NCBI GenBank assembly: GCA_965203485.1
Contig: OZ241892.1
Span: forward strand, 1,056,001-1,120,000
Direction: 5' to 3'
Length of the DNA stretch: 64,000 nucleotides
DNA from: Longimicrobiales bacterium
GTDB taxonomy: Bacteria > Gemmatimonadota > Gemmatimonadetes > Longimicrobiales > Gaopeijiaceae
The notes beneath the pieces were generated by a model that had not been told where the DNA came from, did no database searches, and was given only the letters and a program-made list of their open reading frames with translations. A program made the translations under genes and the position numbers. Of this stretch, positions 9,201 through 21,618 are shown in pieces. How positions within the stretch are numbered: position 1 is the first letter of the stretch; each line of letters opens with the position of its first letter.

Positions 9201-12200
9201 AGTTCCGCTACGTGGTGGAGGCGGGGATCGACGACGGAAACGGTGTTGGGATACTCGCCGACGCCGTCGACCTGAACGGCGGTATGGTCAGGGCCGCCAA
9301 CCAGGTCGACGTGAGTGTATGGATAGCGTCATCGTTGACGATAGTGGACGGCCCGGCATGGAAGGTGGCGGGTTCGGCGCGCATAACGAGCGCTTCGGTG
9401 GGGCGGCCGCCGACGGGCAACGTGTTCGAGCGGGGCGACACGATCGTGGTGACGATGGTCTACTCGGACTCGGTGGACGTGACGGGCGTGCCGACGGCGT
9501 GGCTGAACTTCGCGTCGGCTTCGCACAATCCGGCGCTGTACGTGTCGGGCACGGGCACGGACACTCTGAAGTTCCGCTACGTGGTGCAGGCGGCGGACTC
9601 CGACCCCGACGGCCTGAGCCTCTACGGCAACGCGATTCAGTTGACGGGGGGCTCGACGATCAGAGAGGCGGGCACCGCCACGAACGCGTTCCACCACACG
9701 CCCTGGCCTTATCTGGGCCAGAACGCGCTCACGAACAGCGCGGACCACATAGTGGCGGGCGCGGAGCGCATCACGAGCGTTTCGCTGGGGCCGCCGCCGG
9801 TGGGCGACACGTTCGAGCGCGGCGACACGATCAAGGTGATCGTCGTCTACAGCGGTTCGGTGGACGTGACGGGCGTGCCGACGGTGTGGATGAACATCGG
9901 GACGAACAACTACGCGGGGGCGACGTACGCTTCGGGCACGGGCACGGACACTTTGGAGTTCCACCGCGTGGTGGAGGCGACGGACGTGGACGGCGACGGC
10001 ATCAGCATCGGCGGCAACGCGTTGCAGCTGACGGGAACCCCGGCCTCGACGATCACGGATGCGGGCACCAACGTGGCCGTGCTTGGCGGAACGCCCTGGG
10101 GGACGGCGTCGAACGCGATCACGAACAGCGGGGGTCACAAGGTGCAGGGCGGGACGTTCACGGCGGCGGCGGTGAGCGGGGTGGCGGTCACGAGTAGCCC
10201 GTCGAGCGGGGACACGTACGAGCTGGGCGAGCGGATCGAGGTCGGGGTGTCGTTCAACCGCGGCGTGGCAGTGACGGGGACGCCGCAGTTGGCGCTTGAG
10301 ATCGGGAGCGACACGGTGCAGGCGTCCTACGCGAGCGGGAGCGGCACGAAGACGCTGGCGTTCCGGTACACGGTGACGGCTGCGGACGCGGACGCGAACG
10401 GGATCAGCATCGGCGCGAGCGCTTTGGCTCTGAACGGCGGGACGATTGGCGACGGTCGGGACACTACGGTGGCGGCGAGCCTGGGTCTGGGTTCGAACGC
10501 GATTGCGGACGCGACCGCGCACAAGGTGGACGGCGCGCAGGGGCCGCCGGGCGTGGCGGGGTTGTCGATCGGTTCGCCGCAGGTGGGCGACACGTTCGAG
10601 CGCGGCGAGACGATCGAGGTGTCGGTGGCGTTCAACAAGTCGGTGGACGTGACGGGCACGCCGCAGCTCGCGCTGACGATCGGGAGCGCGACGAAGCAGG
10701 CGGGCTACGCTGCGGGCACGGGCACGGACACGCTGGTGTTCCGGTACGTGGTGGTGACGGCGGACGTGGACGCGGACGGATTGAGCATCGGGTCGAGCGC
10801 TTTGGCGCTGAACGGCGGGACGATCCGTGTGGCGGGCGGGACGACGGACGCGGTGCTGGGGCTGGGCGCGCACGCGGTGACGAACAGCACGGGCCACAAG
10901 GTGGCGGGCGGCACGTTCACGGCGTCGGCGCCGAGCGGCGTGACGATCACGAGCGCGCCGTCGAGCGACAGCACATACGGTCGGACGGAGCGGATCGAGG
11001 TCGAGGTGACGTTTACGCGTCCGGTGGACGTGACGGGGACGCCGCAGCTGGCGCTGACGATCGATACGCTGACGCGGCAGGCGTCGTACGCGAGCGGGAG
11101 CGGCACGGCGACGCTGGTGTTCCGCTACACGGTGGTTGCGGCGGACGCGGACTCGACGGGGATCAGCATCGGCGCGACTGCGCTGGCGCTGAACGGCGGT
11201 ACGATCGCCGACGCTCGGGACGGTTCGACGGCGGCGGGCCTGGGGTTGGGATCGGCCGCGATAGCGAACGATGCGGCGCACAAGGTGGACGGGAACTTGG
11301 GACCGCCGAGCGTGACCGGCGTGTCGTTCGAGTACGAGCCGCACAACGGGACTTACGAGCGTGGCGAGCAGATCGGGGTCCGCGTCCAGTTCCATCGCGC
11401 GGTGGACGTGACGGGGACGCCGCGGCTGGCGCTGACGATTGGAAGCGCGACGCGGCAGGCGAGCTACGTGAATGGGACGGGCACGACGACGCTCCTGTTC
11501 CGCTACACGGTGGTGCAGTCGGACGACGACGGGAACGGGATCAGCATCGGCGCGAGCGCGCTGACGCTGAACGGCGGCACGATCCGGCTTTCGGGCGCGA
11601 TGGTGGACGCGCTTCTGGATTTGGGTTCGCACGCGGTCGCGAACGACGGCTTCCAAAGGGTGGACGGTTCGCAGTTCACGACGCCGTACGCGGTCGGCAT
11701 GGCCGTCCGCAGCTCGCCGGCGAGCGCGAGCACATACCAGCTGGCCGAGCGGATCGATGTGCTGGTGACGTTTTCGACCCCGGTGACGGTGACGGGCACG
11801 CCCCGGGTGGCGTTGGGGATCGGGAGCGCGACGCGGCATGCGGAGTACGCGAGGGGCACGGGCACGCGGGACGTGTGGTTCCACTACACGGTAGCGGCGA
11901 CGGATGTGGACGCGGACGGGATCAGCATTGGCGGGAGCGCGCTGGCGCTGAACGGCGGCACGATCAACGACGCGCGGGCGGGCGGGTCGGCGGCGTTGCT
12001 GACCTTGGCGGGCGAAGCGTTCAGCAACGACGGGGACCACAAGGTGAACGGCGGCCTGGGCGCGCCGAGCGTGGTCGGCGTGTCGATCGGCGATGCGCCG
12101 GCGGACAGCACGTTCGAGTTGAGCGACGTGATGGTCGTGACGGTGGAGTTCAACGCGGCGGTGACGGTGGCGCCCACGACGGGCGCAAGCAGGCCGCGTG

Positions 12201-15200
12201 TGCGTGTCGGGGTCGGGTCGGGCTTGAAGAACGCGTTTTACGCGAGGGGTTCGGGTACGACGGCGTTGGAGTTCGAGTACACGGTGTTCCAGGCGGACGC
12301 GGACGCGGACGGGATCAGCATCGGGGCGAGCGCACTGGAGACCCCGTCCGGGAGCACGATTCGGCGGATGGGGACGACGACGGACGCGGTGTTGGGCCTG
12401 GGCGTTCACGCGATAACGAACAGCGCGGCGCACAAGGTGGCGGGCAACACGCGGACGGCGCCTGTGGTGAAGGGGTTGAGGGTCACGAGCAGTCCTGTGG
12501 TTGGGGACACGTACTTGGCGGGCGAGGCGATCGAGGTGGAGGTGGCGTTCGTGCGGGGGGTGTACGTGGCGGGCACGCCGCGTCTGGCTTTGGAGGTCGG
12601 CGACTCGACGCGGCAGGCGGAGTACAACCGCAGGGACGCGACGTTCACGCGGGTGACGTTCCGGTACGTGGTGCAGGCGACGGACATGGACGCGGACGGG
12701 ATCAGCGTGGGCGCGGGCGCTTTGGCGGCGAGCGCGTCGGACACGATCGCGGACGGTCGGTTGTGGTCGGACGCGGCGGACTTGGCGTTGGGGTCGCACG
12801 TGTTCACGAATGCTGGGGCGCACAAGGTTTCGGGCGCCGTTCCGTACGTGACGAGCGTGTTCTTCGTGTCGGCGTCGAACACGGGGATTTCGTACGCGAG
12901 CACGGACAGCGTGTTCGGACTTGGGGACGAGATACGTGTGGGGGTGGGGTTCAGCGCGGGGGTGACGGTGGCGGGGACGCCGCGCCTGGCTTTGGGGATC
13001 GGTTCGCAGACGCGGAGCGCTGCGCAGTGCGACGCGGTAACGAGCGGCAACATCGTGGTGTTCTGCTACACGGTGGTTGCGGCGGACGCGGACACGACGG
13101 GAATCAGCATCGGAGCGAACGCTTTGACGTTGCCGGGCGGCGCGACGATTCGAGCGGCGGGGGCGGCGACGGACGCTCGGCTGTCGTTGGCGCAGTGGAG
13201 CTTCGCGGACGCGGTGGAGTACCAGGTGGACGGGACGAAGGAGGTGGCGCCTGGCGTGGCGGGGGTGGCGATCACGAGCGCGCCGGCGAGCGACAGCACG
13301 TACGGACGCACGGAGGCGATCGAGGTGGAGGTGGAGTTCGAGCGTGCGGTGGCGGTGACGGGCACGCCGCAGCTGGCGCTGGGGATCGACACGCTGACGC
13401 GTCAGGCGGGCTACGCGAGCGGGAGCGGTACGCGGACGCTGGTGTTCCGTTACGTGGTGGCGGCGGCTGACGCGGACACGAGCGGGATCAGCGTCGCAGC
13501 GAGCGCGTTGGCGTTGAACGGCGGCACGATTGTGCTTTCGGGCGGCACGGCGGCGGCGGCGTTGGGTTTGGGCAGCCATGCGGTCGCGAACGCTCGTTCG
13601 CACAAGGTGGACGGGAGCCTGGGATCGCCGGGCGTGACGGGGTTGTCGATCGGTTCGCCTGCGGTGGGCGACGTGTTCGAGCGCGGCGAGACGATCGAGG
13701 TGTCGGTGGTGTTCCACCGCGCGGTGGACGTGGGGGGCACGCCGCAACTGGCGCTGGGCATCGGGAGCGCGACCAGGCAGGCGGAGTACGCGAGCGGGAC
13801 GGGGACGGACACGCTGGTGTTCGGGTACGTGGTGGCGGTCGGCGACGCTGACGCGGACGGGTTGAGCATTGCGGCGGGCGCGTTGACGTTGAACGGCGGG
13901 ACGATCCGGCTGGCCGGCGGGACGCTGGACGCAGTGTTGGACTTGGGGTCGCACGCGGTTGCGAACAGCGCGGGGCACAAGGTGACGGGCGCGTTCGTGG
14001 CGTCGGCGGTGAGCGGCGTGACGGTGTCGAGCGCGCCAGCGAGCGCGAGCACGTACGAGCTGGGCGAGTCTATCGAGGTGAAGGTGGCGTTCACGCGCGA
14101 CGTGGCGGTGACGGGGACGCCGCGACTGGCCTTGGGGATCGGTACGGTCACGCGCCAAGCGGACTACGATTCGGGTTCGAGCAGTGCGGACACGCTGGTG
14201 TTCGGGTACGCGGTCCGGCCTGCGGACGCGGACGCGGACGGATTGAGCATTGCGGCGGGCGCGCTGGGGTTGAACGGCGGTACGATCGACGACGCTCGTC
14301 CGGGCATCGGCGCTGCGAGCCTGGATTTGGGGTCGAACGCGATAGCGAACGCTGCGGCGCACAAGGTGAACGGCGGGTTGGGCCCGCCTGGGGTGACGGG
14401 GTTGGCGGTGGCGCCGCCGCCGGCGGGCGCGGTGTTCGAGCGCGGCGACACGATTGTTGCGACGGTGCGGTTCAACAAGGCGGTGGACGTGACGGGCACG
14501 CCGCAGCTGGCGCTGGGGATCGGGGCGCAGACGCGGCAGGCGGCGTATGCGAGCGGGACGGGCACGGCGGCGCTGGTGTTCCGGTACGTGGTGGCGACGG
14601 CGGACGTGGACGTGGACGGGTTGAGCGTTGGCGCGAGCGCACTGGCGCTGAACAGCGGCACGATCGACGTGTCGGGCGGGACGACGGACGCGTTGCTGAG
14701 CTTGGAGCGCCATGCGTTCGAGAACTTCCTGGTGGTGAACGGCGGGCTGTTCACGGCGTCGTCGGCGAGCGGCGTGTCGATATCGAGCAGTCCAGCGAGC
14801 GACAGCACGTACGGTCGCACGGAGCGGATCGAGGTCGAGGTGACGTTCGCCCGCGCGGTGACGGTGACGGGCACGCCGCAGCTGGCGTTGACGATCGGCG
14901 ACTCGACGCGCCAGGCGAGCTACGCGAGCGGGAGCGGCACGAAGACGCTGGCGTTCGGCTACGTGGTGGTGGCTGCGGACGCGGACGCGAACGGTTTGAG
15001 CATCGGGCCGGCCGCGCTGGCGTTGAACGGCGGTGCGATCGACGACGCGCGCGACGCGAGCGAGGCTGCGGGCCTGGGTCTGGGGAGCCATGCGATATCG
15101 AACGCTTTGGCGCACAAGGTGAACGGGAGCCTGGGCCCGCCCGGCGTGACGGGCGTGACGCTCGGCTCGCCGCCGGTGGGCACGACGTTCGAGCGGGGCG

Positions 15201-18200
15201 ACACGATCGTGGCGACGCTGGCGTTCAACCGGGCGGTGGCGGTGACGGGCGCGCCGCAGCTGGCGCTGGGGATCGGGAGCGCGACGAAGCAGGCGGTCTA
15301 CGCGAGCGGGAGCGGCACGTCGTCGCTCGAGTTCCGGTACGTGGTGGTGACGGCGGACGTGGACGCCGACGGGTTGAGCGTCGCGACGACGGCGCTGGGA
15401 TTGAACGGCGGTACGGTTCGGCTGGCGGGCGGGACGCTGGACGCGACGCTGGGGTTGGGCACGCACGCGATATCGAACAGCGCGGGCCACAAGGTTGCGG
15501 GCGGGACGTTCACGGCGTCGGGCGTGACGGGGGTGGCGGTCGCGAGCAGTCCTGCGAGCGGCGCGACGTACGGGTTGGGCGAGCGGATCGAGGTTCGGGT
15601 GACGTTTGCGCGCGCTGTGGCGGTGACGGGCACGCCGCAGCTGGCGCTGTCGTTCGGCGCTGCGACGCGGCAGGCGGACTACGCGGGCGGCACGGGCACG
15701 CCGCAGCTGGCGTTCGGCTACGTGGTCGTCGCGGGCGACGCCGACTCCGACGGGCTCAGCATCGGCGCGAGCGCTTTGGCGCTGAACGGCGGCGGGATCG
15801 CGGACGGTCGCGACGGTTCGACGGCGGCGGCGCTGGGCCTGGGTTCGAGCGCGGTCACGGACGCTGGGGGCCACCGCGTGGACGCGACGCGCGGCCCGCC
15901 GGGGGTGATGGGCGTGACGATCGGGTCGCCGCAGGTGGGCGACACGTTCGAGCGCGGCGACACGGTCGAGGTCGAGGTCGAGTTCAACAAGCCGGTGGCG
16001 GTGACGGGCGCGCCGCAGCTGGCGCTGGGCATCGGCGCGGCGACGAAGCAGGCGGGCTACGCGGGCGGGAGCGGGACGGCTGCGCTGGCGTTCCGGTACG
16101 TGGTCGTGTCCGCCGACGCGGACGCCGACGGGCTCAGCGTCGCGGCGGGCGCTTTGGCGCTGAACGGCGGGACGATCAAGGTGTCGGGCGGCACGGCCGA
16201 CGCTTTGCTGGGCCTGGGCGCGCACGCGGTGGCGAACAGCGGGGGCCACAAGGTTGCGGGCGGGACGTTCACGGCGTCGTCGCCGAGCGCGGCGTCGGTG
16301 ACGAGCGCGCCGGCGAGCGGCGACACGTACGGGTTGGGCGAGCGCATCGAGGTACGGGTGACGTTCGCTCGCCCGGTCGTCGTGACGGGCGCGCCGCAGC
16401 TGGCGCTGGGCATCGGCGCGGCGACGAAGCAGGCGGGCTACGCGGGCGGCAGCGGGACGCGCGCGCTGGTGTTCGGCTACGTGGTCGCGTCTGCGGACGC
16501 GGACGCCGACGGGATCAGCGTGGGCGCGAGCGCGCTGTCGTTGAACGGCGGCGCGATAGCCGACGCGCGCGACGGGTCGACGGCTGCCGGGCTGGGCCTG
16601 GGCTCGAGCGCGATTGCGAACGCTGGCGCGCACAAGGTGGACGGCAGCGTCGAGGGCGCGCCGGCGGTTGCGGGCGCTCGGCTGGCGAGCGCGCCGTCGG
16701 GCGGCGGGTCGTACGGACTGGGCGAGGAGATACGGGTGGCGGTGCGCTTCGACCGCGCGGTGGCGGTGACGGGCACGCCCGAGCTGGCGCTGGGCATCGG
16801 CGCCGCGACGCGGCAGGCGGGCTACGCGAGCGGGAGCGGCACGTCCGAGCTCGAGTTCGCGTACGTGGTTCAGGCGGCGGACGCCGACAGGGACGGGATC
16901 AGCGTTGGCGCGGGCGCGTTGTCGCTGAGCGGCGGGACGCTGGTGGTCGCGGGCGGCACGGCGGCGGCGGTTCTGTCGCTGGGGAGCCACGCGATAGTGA
17001 ACGCGAGCGGCCACGCCGTCGCCGGCACGCTCGAGGCGGCGCCGGTCGTGACGGGCGCGCGGCTGGTATCGTCGCCTGCGAACGGGAGCGCTTACGGGTT
17101 GAGCGAGCGGATCGCCGTCGCGCTGGCGTTCAGCCGTCCGGTCGACGTTGCGGGCGCGCCGCAGCTGGCGCTGGGCATCGGGAGCGCGACGCGGCAGGCG
17201 GGCTACGCGAGCGGGAGCGGCACGGCCGAGCTGGTGTTCGGCTACGTCGTCGCGGGCGGCGACGCCGACGCCGACGGCGTGAGCGTCGCGGCGGGCGCGC
17301 TGGCCTTGAACGGCGGGACGATCGTGATCGCGGGCGGGCGCGTGGCGGCGGTGCTGTCGCTGGGCACGCACGCGCTGTCGAACGTCGCGGGCCACCTGGT
17401 GGACGGGAGCGTCGAGACGGCGCCTGCCGTGGCGGGCGTGACGCTGGCGAGCGCGCCGATCGGCGGCGGCCGCTACGAGCTGGGCGAGGAGATCCGCGTG
17501 CACGTGCGCTTCGACCGCGCCGTCGCCGTGACGGGCTCGCCGCAGCTGGCGCTGACGATCGGCGCGCAGACGCGCACGGCGCGCTTCGTGCGCGTCGTCG
17601 GCTACGGCGCCGCCGCGCGCGCGGGCTGGGCCGGCGTCGCGGCGGGCTATGCAGGCGCGGGCTGGGCCGGCGGGTCGGCGGGCGGCGCAGGCGGTTCCGC
17701 CGGCGCGTTGGGCGCGACGCAGGGCGCGGCGCTCGAGTTCGCGTACGCCGTTCAGGCGTCGGACGCCGACGCGGACGGGATCAGCGTGGGCGCGGGCGCG
17801 CTGTCGCTGAACGGCGGCGCGATCACGCTGCTGGGCGGCACGGCGGCGGCTGGACTGTCGCTGGGCGGCCACGCGCTGACGAACGTCGGCGGCCACTTGG
17901 TGGACGGCAGCGTCGTGTCGCCGCCTGCGGTCGCGGGCGTCGAGGCGAGCCGTCCGCCGTCGGGCGGCCGGTGGCGCGCCGGCCAGACGATCGAGATCGC
18001 CGTCGTGTTCGACCGGCCGGTGAGCGTGACGGGCGGCCCGCGCTTGGCGCTGGCGATGGGCACGCGCACGGTGCACGCCGCGCTGGCGTCGGCGAGCGGG
18101 CGGCGCGTCGAGTTCGCGTACGAGGTGCGTCCTCACGACCGCGCGCCGAACGGGATCGCGCTGGCCGCCGGCGCGCTGGACGCGAGCGGCGCGGCGATCG

Positions 18201-21200
18201 TGTCGGCCGCCGACGGTTCGACGCCGGCCGCGCTGTCGCTGGGCAGCCATGCGTTCGCAAGCGATCCGACGCGCAGGGTCGAGGGCGGCGGCGGCGAGCC
18301 GGAGCCTGGGCGGCCGCCGAAGTTCTCGGCCGAGTCGTACGCGTTCGAGCTGGCCGAGAACGTCGCGGGCGCCGTCGTCGTGGGCGCCGTGAGCGCCGTG
18401 GACCCGGACGAGGGCGACGAGGTGCGCTACCGGCTGCGCGAGGGCGGCGGCGGGCTGTTCGAGGTGGACGAGACGAGCGGCGAGGTCAGCTACGTCGGCG
18501 CGGGCGAGGACTACGAGGCCGGCCCGCGCGAGCACGCGCTCGTCGTGTCGGCCGCCGACGTCGGCGGCCTGGCGTCGACCGTCCGCGTGACGGTGAAGGT
18601 GACGAACGCGAACGAGGCGCCGGCGTTCGAGCGGGCGAGCTGGACGTTCGAGCTGGCCGAGAACGCGGCCGGGCCCATAGTGCTGGGCACGGTCAGCGCG
18701 ACCGACCCGGACGAGGGCGAGGCGCTGTCGTACAGCCTGGTCTCGGGCGGCGGCGGGCTGTTCGAGCTGGACGCTGCGAGCGGCGCCGTGCGCTACGTCG
18801 GCGCCGGCGAAGACTACGAGACGGGCCCGCGCGAGCACGCGCTGGCCGTCGCCGTCGCCGACGCGGGCGGGCTGCGCGCGGCGGCCGGCGTCGTGATAGC
18901 CGTCGCCGACGCCGACGAGGCGCCCGTGTTCGAGCGGGCGAGCTGGACGTTCGAGCTGGCCGAGAACGCGGCCGGGCCCATAGTGCTGGGCACGGTCAGC
19001 GCGACCGACCCGGACGAGGGCGAGGCGCTGTCGTACAGCCTGGTCTCGGGCGGCGGCGGCCTGTTCGAGCTGGACGCTGCGAGCGGCGCGATCAGCTACG
19101 TGGGCGCCGGCGAGGACTACGAGACGGGCCCGCGCGAGCACGCGCTCGTCGTCGCCGCGACGGGCGCCGACGGCCTCGCCGCGCGGGCGGCCGTCGTCGT
19201 CGCCGTCGCCGACGTGAACGAGGCGCCCGTGTTCGAGCAGGCGAGCTGGACGTTCGAGCTGGCCGAGAACGCGGCCGGCCCGCTCGCCGTCGGCGCCGTC
19301 GCCGCCGCCGACGAGGACGAGGGCGACGTGCTGTCGTACAGCCTGGTCTCGGGCGGCGGCGGCCTGTTCGAGCTGGACGCTGCGAGCGGCGCCGTGCGCT
19401 ACGTCGGCGCCGGCGAGGACTACGAGACGGGTCCGCGCGAGCACGCGCTCGTCGTCGCCGCGACGGACAGGGGCGGCCTGGCGGCGACGGCGAACGCGAC
19501 CGTCGTCGTGACCGACGTCAACGAGGCGCCCGAAGCGACCGCGCAGATCGCCGTGGCGGCGCTCGACGCGCACGGCGCGGCCGTGCAGGAGACGCTGGAC
19601 GCGTACTTCCGGGACCCGGACGGCGACGCGCTCGCGTACGCCGCCGAGTCGTCCGACACGGCGGTGGCGGCGGCGAGCGTTGCGGGCGGCGTGCTGACCA
19701 TCCAGCCGTTCGCTATCGGCACGGCGAGCGTGACCGTGACGGCGACCGATCCCGGCGGGCTGGCCGCCGAGCAGACCGTCGCCGTCGTCGTCGAGGCGTC
19801 GCGCTCCGAGCGAGCGCGCGTGCTCGAGGGCGCGCTGGCCGCGTTCGGGCGCTCGCTCGGCGCCGAGGCCGTCGACGTGATCGGCGGCCGGCTCGGGCTC
19901 GAGTCGGCCGGCGGACTCGGACGCTCGCACCTCCAGCTCGGCGGACGCTCGATCGCCTGCGGCGACGGCGCCGGAGCGGGTGCAGGCGACGGGTGCGGCT
20001 GGCGGGCGCTGGCGCGCACGGCGTCCGGCCTGCTCGGCGTCCAAGTCGCGTTGCCGACCGTCGGCGGTCCGGGCGGCGCGCAGTCCCCCGGCGCGCTCAA
20101 TCCGGCCGCGCTGCTGCTCGGCGGCCCGGACGCGGGCGCTGGCGCGCACGGCGGATTCGGCGTGCAGGCAGGCGGCGGCCTCGGCATGGGCGGCGACTAC
20201 CGGGGCCAGCAGGAGCCGGCGGCGGCCACGCCGGGCGGCGTGACGTTCAATCCGCTGTCGGGCGGCGACCTGCTCGAGCGCAGCTCGTTCCAGCTCTCGC
20301 TCGGCGGCGGCGCGGCCAGCGACTCGGGCGCGTTCGGCGCGCAGGACGCCGCCGGCCTGCGTCCCGGCTGGACCGTCTGGGGCCGCGCGGGCATGGGCGG
20401 CTACGAGGGCCGCCCGGCCGACGGCCTGCACTTCGACGGCGGGCGCGCGCGCTCGGCGCACCTCGGCGCCGACTACCGCTTCGCGTCCGGCCTGCTCGTC
20501 GGCGTCGCCGGCGCGCGCAGCAGCTTCGAGACCGAGTTCGAGAGCGCCGTCAACGGCGCGGGCTCCGTCGCCGCGAGCCTGACCAGCGTGCATCCCTACG
20601 TGCACTGGTCGCCCACCGGCGGGCTCGGCCTCTGGGCCCTCGCAGGCGCCGGAACCGGCGACGCGACGCTCGACGAAGCCGCCGGCGGCCGGTTCGGCGC
20701 CGACATCGCGATGCTGATGGGCGCGCTCGGCGCGCGCCGCGAGCTGGCGGGCGGCATCGCGCTCAAGGCCGACGCGTTCTCCGTGCGCGTCCGCTCCGAC
20801 GACGCGGCCGACCTGGCAGGCGTGACCGCGCGCGCGCACCGCGTCCGGCTCGCGCCCGAAGTCGCGAAGACCTGGGCGCTCGGCGGCGAAGCGTCGCTGC
20901 GCACGCGGCTCGAGCTCGGTGCGCGCCTCGACGCCGGCGACGCCGAGACCGGCCTCGGCGCCGAGGCCGGCGGCGAAGCGTCGTTCGACCACGCGCCCAC
21001 CGGCCTGTCCGTCGCGATGCGCGGGCGCGCGCTGCTCGCGCACCAGGCCGAGGGGTTGCGCGAATGGGGCGCCGGCGTCTCGCTCCGGCTCCAGCCCGGC
21101 GGGACCGCCGAGACCGGCCTCTCGCTCTCCGTCGAGCCGGCATGGGGTGCCGCCACCGGCGCCACCGGCGAACTCTGGCGCCAAGGCCCCGCCGCCATCG

Positions 21201-21559
21201 GCCCCGCCGCCCAGGCGGCGCACCCGGTTGCGCACCAGGCCGCGCCGTCCGGCTGGGTGCCCGGACGCATGGCCATGGAACTCGGCTGGGGCGTCGCGCT
21301 CGACAACGGCGCCACGATCACGCCCTTCGGACGCTGGAGCCAGGACGCCGGCGCCGGCCAGCGCTTCAACGCCGGCGCGCGCTTCTCGCTGCTCGGCCAG
21401 TCCGTCCAGTCCGGCACGCGCGCCGCCACGGACGCCTCCTCGCCCGCCGCCGAGAGCCTGCGCTTCCTCCTCCACCTCTACGGCGAGCACGCCTCCTCGC
21501 CGCTCGAACCCCCGCAACGCCGCCTCGGCCTAGCAGGCGTCGTCCAGCTCAGGCAGTAG
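6281..21559 (+). CDS. giant repetitive surface protein/adhesin (~5,090 aa): signal peptide, ~31 tandem ~120 aa beta-rich repeats, 4-5 cadherin-like repeats, C-terminal autotransporter-like beta-barrel
   Basis: uninterrupted [31 protein letters not shown] signal-like N-terminus; repeat consensus [29 protein letters not shown]...[18 protein letters not shown]...HKV; cadherin motifs NEAP.F, AEN, A.DPDEG, DYE; barrel-like [42 protein letters not shown]. Confidence 0.85.
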   Translation: MPVARTALAALGLLAAVGTTAPSSLSAQTVTVDSLRMASSAGNDSTYARGDTIDVRVYFSSNTDVNSLPARLYLEIGTETRTATWTGPSNPCDCGSGGATWFGFLYVVQAGDYDANGITTTSLSNRDITAANGSSISNTALTGIAITNAAAHKVDGALGYPKVTGVTISSSAGADNTYNVDDTIAVTVAFDSTVAVTGTPQLALGIGSATKQANYASGTSTASLVFRYVVVAGDLDTDGISIGASALSLNGGTIRLGTKDAVLQSLSSHAITNAAAHKVDTPPGVTDVVFPNSPAEGDSLWRRLEHMRVSVHFSKLVWVTGSPRLALTIGANTRQASYELGSGSDSLVFRYRIEDTDEDTDGVSIGASALTLNSGTIKASSDSTDAALSLGSHAVSNAAAHKVDGITRFAGPVSFEDNPGADSTFGFGDRIRIVIYFNNLINPPGGGSVTLNVQIGTRTVPFAYTGVGPNLLSFTHYVTTDDIDADGLSLPENALSGSVSGGGRAAFTGLRGRAITNDPTLKVNGLLGLPDVQRASITSNAGTDSTYVRGDVIEIGVVFDENVTVTGTPSLALTIGANTRQARYISGSGGDSLTFRYATRTTDADANGISYSANALALNGGTIKGRVVYGDSTRNAHLDLKTHVVANGAAHKVDGSQGPPVVAGVAIASDAGADNAYVVDDTIEVGVVFVENVDVTGTPQLALTIGSRTGQASYASGTGGDSLTFRYVAVAGDVDTDGLSIGESALTLNGGTIRRAGSATVDANLGLSIYAVTNAAAHKVLAVQGLPHVTGTAIASDPGTDSIYAAGDTIEVAVVFNENVNVTGTPQVALEIGAATRQANYVLGTGGDSLTFRYVTVAADTDTTGISYSADALTLNGGTIRRVATTLDAVVSLLTHVITNAAAHKVLPTSNKVTGLSVNSAGTDSTFVRGDTMKVTLAFRETTVVTGTPRIRMWLGAVSRWATYHSGSGTSELEFRYVVEAGIDDGNGVGILADAVDLNGGMVRAANQVDVSVWIASSLTIVDGPAWKVAGSARITSASVGRPPTGNVFERGDTIVVTMVYSDSVDVTGVPTAWLNFASASHNPALYVSGTGTDTLKFRYVVQAADSDPDGLSLYGNAIQLTGGSTIREAGTATNAFHHTPWPYLGQNALTNSADHIVAGAERITSVSLGPPPVGDTFERGDTIKVIVVYSGSVDVTGVPTVWMNIGTNNYAGATYASGTGTDTLEFHRVVEATDVDGDGISIGGNALQLTGTPASTITDAGTNVAVLGGTPWGTASNAITNSGGHKVQGGTFTAAAVSGVAVTSSPSSGDTYELGERIEVGVSFNRGVAVTGTPQLALEIGSDTVQASYASGSGTKTLAFRYTVTAADADANGISIGASALALNGGTIGDGRDTTVAASLGLGSNAIADATAHKVDGAQGPPGVAGLSIGSPQVGDTFERGETIEVSVAFNKSVDVTGTPQLALTIGSATKQAGYAAGTGTDTLVFRYVVVTADVDADGLSIGSSALALNGGTIRVAGGTTDAVLGLGAHAVTNSTGHKVAGGTFTASAPSGVTITSAPSSDSTYGRTERIEVEVTFTRPVDVTGTPQLALTIDTLTRQASYASGSGTATLVFRYTVVAADADSTGISIGATALALNGGTIADARDGSTAAGLGLGSAAIANDAAHKVDGNLGPPSVTGVSFEYEPHNGTYERGEQIGVRVQFHRAVDVTGTPRLALTIGSATRQASYVNGTGTTTLLFRYTVVQSDDDGNGISIGASALTLNGGTIRLSGAMVDALLDLGSHAVANDGFQRVDGSQFTTPYAVGMAVRSSPASASTYQLAERIDVLVTFSTPVTVTGTPRVALGIGSATRHAEYARGTGTRDVWFHYTVAATDVDADGISIGGSALALNGGTINDARAGGSAALLTLAGEAFSNDGDHKVNGGLGAPSVVGVSIGDAPADSTFELSDVMVVTVEFNAAVTVAPTTGASRPRVRVGVGSGLKNAFYARGSGTTALEFEYTVFQADADADGISIGASALETPSGSTIRRMGTTTDAVLGLGVHAITNSAAHKVAGNTRTAPVVKGLRVTSSPVVGDTYLAGEAIEVEVAFVRGVYVAGTPRLALEVGDSTRQAEYNRRDATFTRVTFRYVVQATDMDADGISVGAGALAASASDTIADGRLWSDAADLALGSHVFTNAGAHKVSGAVPYVTSVFFVSASNTGISYASTDSVFGLGDEIRVGVGFSAGVTVAGTPRLALGIGSQTRSAAQCDAVTSGNIVVFCYTVVAADADTTGISIGANALTLPGGATIRAAGAATDARLSLAQWSFADAVEYQVDGTKEVAPGVAGVAITSAPASDSTYGRTEAIEVEVEFERAVAVTGTPQLALGIDTLTRQAGYASGSGTRTLVFRYVVAAADADTSGISVAASALALNGGTIVLSGGTAAAALGLGSHAVANARSHKVDGSLGSPGVTGLSIGSPAVGDVFERGETIEVSVVFHRAVDVGGTPQLALGIGSATRQAEYASGTGTDTLVFGYVVAVGDADADGLSIAAGALTLNGGTIRLAGGTLDAVLDLGSHAVANSAGHKVTGAFVASAVSGVTVSSAPASASTYELGESIEVKVAFTRDVAVTGTPRLALGIGTVTRQADYDSGSSSADTLVFGYAVRPADADADGLSIAAGALGLNGGTIDDARPGIGAASLDLGSNAIANAAAHKVNGGLGPPGVTGLAVAPPPAGAVFERGDTIVATVRFNKAVDVTGTPQLALGIGAQTRQAAYASGTGTAALVFRYVVATADVDVDGLSVGASALALNSGTIDVSGGTTDALLSLERHAFENFLVVNGGLFTASSASGVSISSSPASDSTYGRTERIEVEVTFARAVTVTGTPQLALTIGDSTRQASYASGSGTKTLAFGYVVVAADADANGLSIGPAALALNGGAIDDARDASEAAGLGLGSHAISNALAHKVNGSLGPPGVTGVTLGSPPVGTTFERGDTIVATLAFNRAVAVTGAPQLALGIGSATKQAVYASGSGTSSLEFRYVVVTADVDADGLSVATTALGLNGGTVRLAGGTLDATLGLGTHAISNSAGHKVAGGTFTASGVTGVAVASSPASGATYGLGERIEVRVTFARAVAVTGTPQLALSFGAATRQADYAGGTGTPQLAFGYVVVAGDADSDGLSIGASALALNGGGIADGRDGSTAAALGLGSSAVTDAGGHRVDATRGPPGVMGVTIGSPQVGDTFERGDTVEVEVEFNKPVAVTGAPQLALGIGAATKQAGYAGGSGTAALAFRYVVVSADADADGLSVAAGALALNGGTIKVSGGTADALLGLGAHAVANSGGHKVAGGTFTASSPSAASVTSAPASGDTYGLGERIEVRVTFARPVVVTGAPQLALGIGAATKQAGYAGGSGTRALVFGYVVASADADADGISVGASALSLNGGAIADARDGSTAAGLGLGSSAIANAGAHKVDGSVEGAPAVAGARLASAPSGGGSYGLGEEIRVAVRFDRAVAVTGTPELALGIGAATRQAGYASGSGTSELEFAYVVQAADADRDGISVGAGALSLSGGTLVVAGGTAAAVLSLGSHAIVNASGHAVAGTLEAAPVVTGARLVSSPANGSAYGLSERIAVALAFSRPVDVAGAPQLALGIGSATRQAGYASGSGTAELVFGYVVAGGDADADGVSVAAGALALNGGTIVIAGGRVAAVLSLGTHALSNVAGHLVDGSVETAPAVAGVTLASAPIGGGRYELGEEIRVHVRFDRAVAVTGSPQLALTIGAQTRTARFVRVVGYGAAARAGWAGVAAGYAGAGWAGGSAGGAGGSAGALGATQGAALEFAYAVQASDADADGISVGAGALSLNGGAITLLGGTAAAGLSLGGHALTNVGGHLVDGSVVSPPAVAGVEASRPPSGGRWRAGQTIEIAVVFDRPVSVTGGPRLALAMGTRTVHAALASASGRRVEFAYEVRPHDRAPNGIALAAGALDASGAAIVSAADGSTPAALSLGSHAFASDPTRRVEGGGGEPEPGRPPKFSAESYAFELAENVAGAVVVGAVSAVDPDEGDEVRYRLREGGGGLFEVDETSGEVSYVGAGEDYEAGPREHALVVSAADVGGLASTVRVTVKVTNANEAPAFERASWTFELAENAAGPIVLGTVSATDPDEGEALSYSLVSGGGGLFELDAASGAVRYVGAGEDYETGPREHALAVAVADAGGLRAAAGVVIAVADADEAPVFERASWTFELAENAAGPIVLGTVSATDPDEGEALSYSLVSGGGGLFELDAASGAISYVGAGEDYETGPREHALVVAATGADGLAARAAVVVAVADVNEAPVFEQASWTFELAENAAGPLAVGAVAAADEDEGDVLSYSLVSGGGGLFELDAASGAVRYVGAGEDYETGPREHALVVAATDRGGLAATANATVVVTDVNEAPEATAQIAVAALDAHGAAVQETLDAYFRDPDGDALAYAAESSDTAVAAASVAGGVLTIQPFAIGTASVTVTATDPGGLAAEQTVAVVVEASRSERARVLEGALAAFGRSLGAEAVDVIGGRLGLESAGGLGRSHLQLGGRSIACGDGAGAGAGDGCGWRALARTASGLLGVQVALPTVGGPGGAQSPGALNPAALLLGGPDAGAGAHGGFGVQAGGGLGMGGDYRGQQEPAAATPGGVTFNPLSGGDLLERSSFQLSLGGGAASDSGAFGAQDAAGLRPGWTVWGRAGMGGYEGRPADGLHFDGGRARSAHLGADYRFASGLLVGVAGARSSFETEFESAVNGAGSVAASLTSVHPYVHWSPTGGLGLWALAGAGTGDATLDEAAGGRFGADIAMLMGALGARRELAGGIALKADAFSVRVRSDDAADLAGVTARAHRVRLAPEVAKTWALGGEASLRTRLELGARLDAGDAETGLGAEAGGEASFDHAPTGLSVAMRGRALLAHQAEGLREWGAGVSLRLQPGGTAETGLSLSVEPAWGAATGATGELWRQGPAAIGPAAQAAHPVAHQAAPSGWVPGRMAMELGWGVALDNGATITPFGRWSQDAGAGQRFNAGARFSLLGQSVQSGTRAATDASSPAAESLRFLLHLYGEHASSPLEPPQRRLGLAGVVQLRQ
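6364..18285 (+). repeat. coding tandem array of ~31 units of ~360 bp (~120 aa)
   Basis: units counted by eye from recurring TGTPQLAL / LNGGTI / HKV motifs; boundaries approximate. Confidence 0.85.
18310..19800 (+). repeat. cadherin-like repeats; units 2-4 have an exact 303 bp period and near-identical DNA
   Basis: TTCGAGC.GGCGAGCTGGACGTTCGAGCTGGCCGAGAAC recurs at 18626, 18929 and 19232. Confidence 0.85.
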
Positions 21560-21618
21560 CGCCCAACGCAACCGCGCCGCTTCGAGACTCGCGGCAACGG
21601 GTGGGGGGCGTAGGCGCC

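Noticed and set aside
6364..19800. Possible CRISPR array or DGR template/variable repeats
   Set aside because: Repeats are ~300-360 bp in-frame protein domains with no spacers; no cas or reverse transcriptase gene and no adenine-specific variation evident
9329..21517. 4,062 aa antisense ORF (and 1,480 aa alternate-frame ORF 17971-22413) over the adhesin
   Set aside because: Arg/Ala/Pro-rich shadow of a high-GC repetitive coding strand; no domain motifs
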